DNA of 64,000 nt, taken from NCBI GenBank assembly GCA_002633005.1, contig NMRA01000166.1, positions 434,001 to 498,000 of the forward strand, given 5' to 3'. Under the pieces are notes generated by a model, which was not told the origin of the DNA, ran no database searches, and saw only the letters and a program-made list of their open reading frames with translations. The position numbers were made by a program, and so were the translations under genes. Source of the DNA: Phoronis australis (Eukaryota; Animalia; Phoronida). Shown piece by piece: positions 61,933 to 64,000 of the stretch (the stretch's first letter is position 1; each line of letters opens with the position of its first letter).

Positions 61933-62540
61933 ACGTATTCGCCCTAATAAGCGCCCATGCCGCTTATAAGCGCCCCTCAAGCGTTTTCAGACTTTGCTAA
62001 AATAAGCGTCCAGTCCATGGACGCGATGTAAATGCGAAAAATACCTTACTTACAGTTCTAAAATTCTACAGTAACGTCTTCAATTTATCAATAATATCCG
62101 ACAGTCCTGAAAAAATCATTGTGCGCGGAATTTGTAGGCCACGCCGCTATGTCGGTATTTAGCCGTGACATAACTTCAAACTTCCACCGAGCTTCAAAAA
62201 GAACGCAGACGTTTTGCTGATCTTGCCAGGGATGTGTCTTATTATGGTCTGGCCTTTCAGAACAGACACAGCTTACTGTCAAAGGGATTGTATTTTATCT
62301 TTCCCGTACAGATCTTCTCCCTCAACAGGAATCCAAATCTCCTTGTATACGCGAAAACCGCGAATCGAAGACTAATAAAAACTTAACCTTTGTTAAAAGC
62401 ACGTGGCCAGGAAGCGGGCGCTACATACAAGTACCTGCCATCGAAGATTAGTCTTCGGGAACTATCTATTTATGAAACGGGTAGCATAGCATAGGCAAGA
62501 AATAAATACTGGCACTTATTTCCGAAAATTTTAAATACCG
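61933..62540 (-). mobile_element. pogo/Tc1-mariner-like element carrying a degenerate HIRAN-like gene (62066-~62385)
   Basis: Left end CGTATTCGCCCTAATAAGCGCCC with repeated ATAAGCGCCC; minus-strand SSIRGFRVYKEIWIPVEGEDL...AVSVLKGQTIIRHIPGKISKTSAFFLKLGG...GLQIPRTMIFSG...KLKTLL*; right end uncertain. Confidence 0.6.
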
Positions 62541-62601
62541 TAAAAACATTTGCGTTATTTTTAAGAGGAATTATTAAATTAATCGTAATTGGTGTTTTTA
62601 A

Positions 62602-63906
62602 AGGAGAATGCCACCCGATTTAATTAAGTCTTTTTTATTGTTTTAATCGGTCTATTTCCACATCGCCTATTATACGGTCGACCTCACCTTGCCGAGAGGT
62701 GTCGCGTTAACCTGTGAGGAAGGTGAGAAACGACGCAGCGACGTCAGTGGTTCGTCTTCAGAGTGAATGCCGGTATATTGCGGTGCATCGTTCCCCCTTG
62801 TCCGAACAATGAAGCCGGGTATATCGTTTTTTCGACTTCGTCGAGAGCCCGAAATGCTTAGGAAGGGGCTCGCGGTAGTGAAGAATGAAAGGTACGCTGT
62901 AAATAGCAAGAATAAGGCCTTGAAACATCTCCCTGTCCGTGGCCGGCATTTCGTCGACAGTGATTTCTCTGACGAATTCCGGCTTACCAAAGAACTATAC
63001 TTACGTTCCGTTGCCTGTGCATGATCACGGCGCCTCTCTAGTATTTCTTGGTCAGTGTATTCCGGGTCGAACTGATAGCCTGTGAAACCTAACGGTCCGA
63101 TCCGTGAAGTCTTCGTCGGATGAGCTCTTGACTAAGTCGGGATAAGCGCCGCCGGGGCGAGTTGCCATGTAGACGTTTTTTATCCTGCGTTCTGTTTCAA
63201 AATGAATTATTCTCATCCTAACCAATGCTTATGTGAAAGTGAAACAAAGTCTGTCTCATTAGATACAATTTGTAATGCCTTCGAGTGCTTGTGAGTACAA
63301 ATGTTTTGAGAAGCCAGCAATGAATAAAACACACTTATCAGCTTTTGATGCCGCAACAAAGGTACGTGTATTTGACCAGGCACCGAAGCCGTGTGAGCGC
63401 ATGCTAATTCAGTGTTTGCTGACAGAAAGCTGCTGTGAAACAATTACTCTATTATATATACTATGGTCACGTGTTAGGGGAATCTTTATTTTGAAATACA
63501 AATACAAATACATTTAATGATTATTTAAATCGTTGTTACTGTACAACCTTTGCCCTGACTGTCTGTGGACGGGGAACCCGACTTCGCGGCCCCCGACTTC
63601 GTGGCTAATTCACATAAATAATTACGTGCACATTATTTCTTTGGCTCACTATTATAGTCTTTTCGTGACTGGGGATTTAGTTTCCAACTCAAGCTGGTTT
63701 ATGTTCGTGCCAGTCCCGGCGGCCGCGACGGGCCTGATCGGGTTCCGAGCCACTGGCCGGGATAACAAGCGTTTTGTGTGTTTAGAACTCCCAAGTATAA
63801 ACAACACAGATCTAGGCCCTGCTGTCTCTATTTCACGGAAGACTACTTCGAATTTATCTCCGAACAGAAAACCCCAACTCCTGCTACGTACCTTGGTAAA
63901 TTGGTC
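62602..63906 (-). mobile_element. Kolobok-like family C copy, truncated near 63906
   Basis: TTAA-AGGAGAATGCCACC terminus; colinear with 40231-41330; GFTGYQFDPEYTDQEILERR remnant. Confidence 0.8.
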
Positions 63907-64000
63907 TAAATGCGCCTTCGTAACAGTGATTAAGTTGGCAATAAACAGAGTGCGTTTTCTATTCAAAAGACCATTGTTGGCTAAAGCATTCTTGGGTTAT

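Overview
AT-rich, repeat-dense eukaryotic (invertebrate-type) genomic DNA with two N gaps; most short ORFs in the supplied track are spurious. The main gene is the 5' part of a minus-strand, spliced ROS1/Sevenless-like receptor tyrosine kinase. I reconstructed 11 phase-compatible coding exons from 28096 down to 825 (signal peptide, Cys-rich N-terminus, FN3, FN3, YWTD-like propeller, start of a third FN3). The gene continues past the left edge, and one intron appears to use a GC donor. Its introns and the upstream ~36 kb are filled with decayed, often nested transposons: three TTAA-target Kolobok-like families (THAP and KolX-like remnants), two ISL2EU-like THAP elements, an Academ-like element, hAT and Harbinger-like MITEs, CA...TG MITEs with 5-bp TSDs, a pogo-like element with a HIRAN-like remnant, LINE fragments and an inverted Penelope-like pair. 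A possible trypsin/FAM111-like gene or pseudogene lies on the plus strand at ~59.2-61.7 kb. I found no convincing new multi-gene system; the best leads are ranked in findings. All family names come from motif recall, not database searches.
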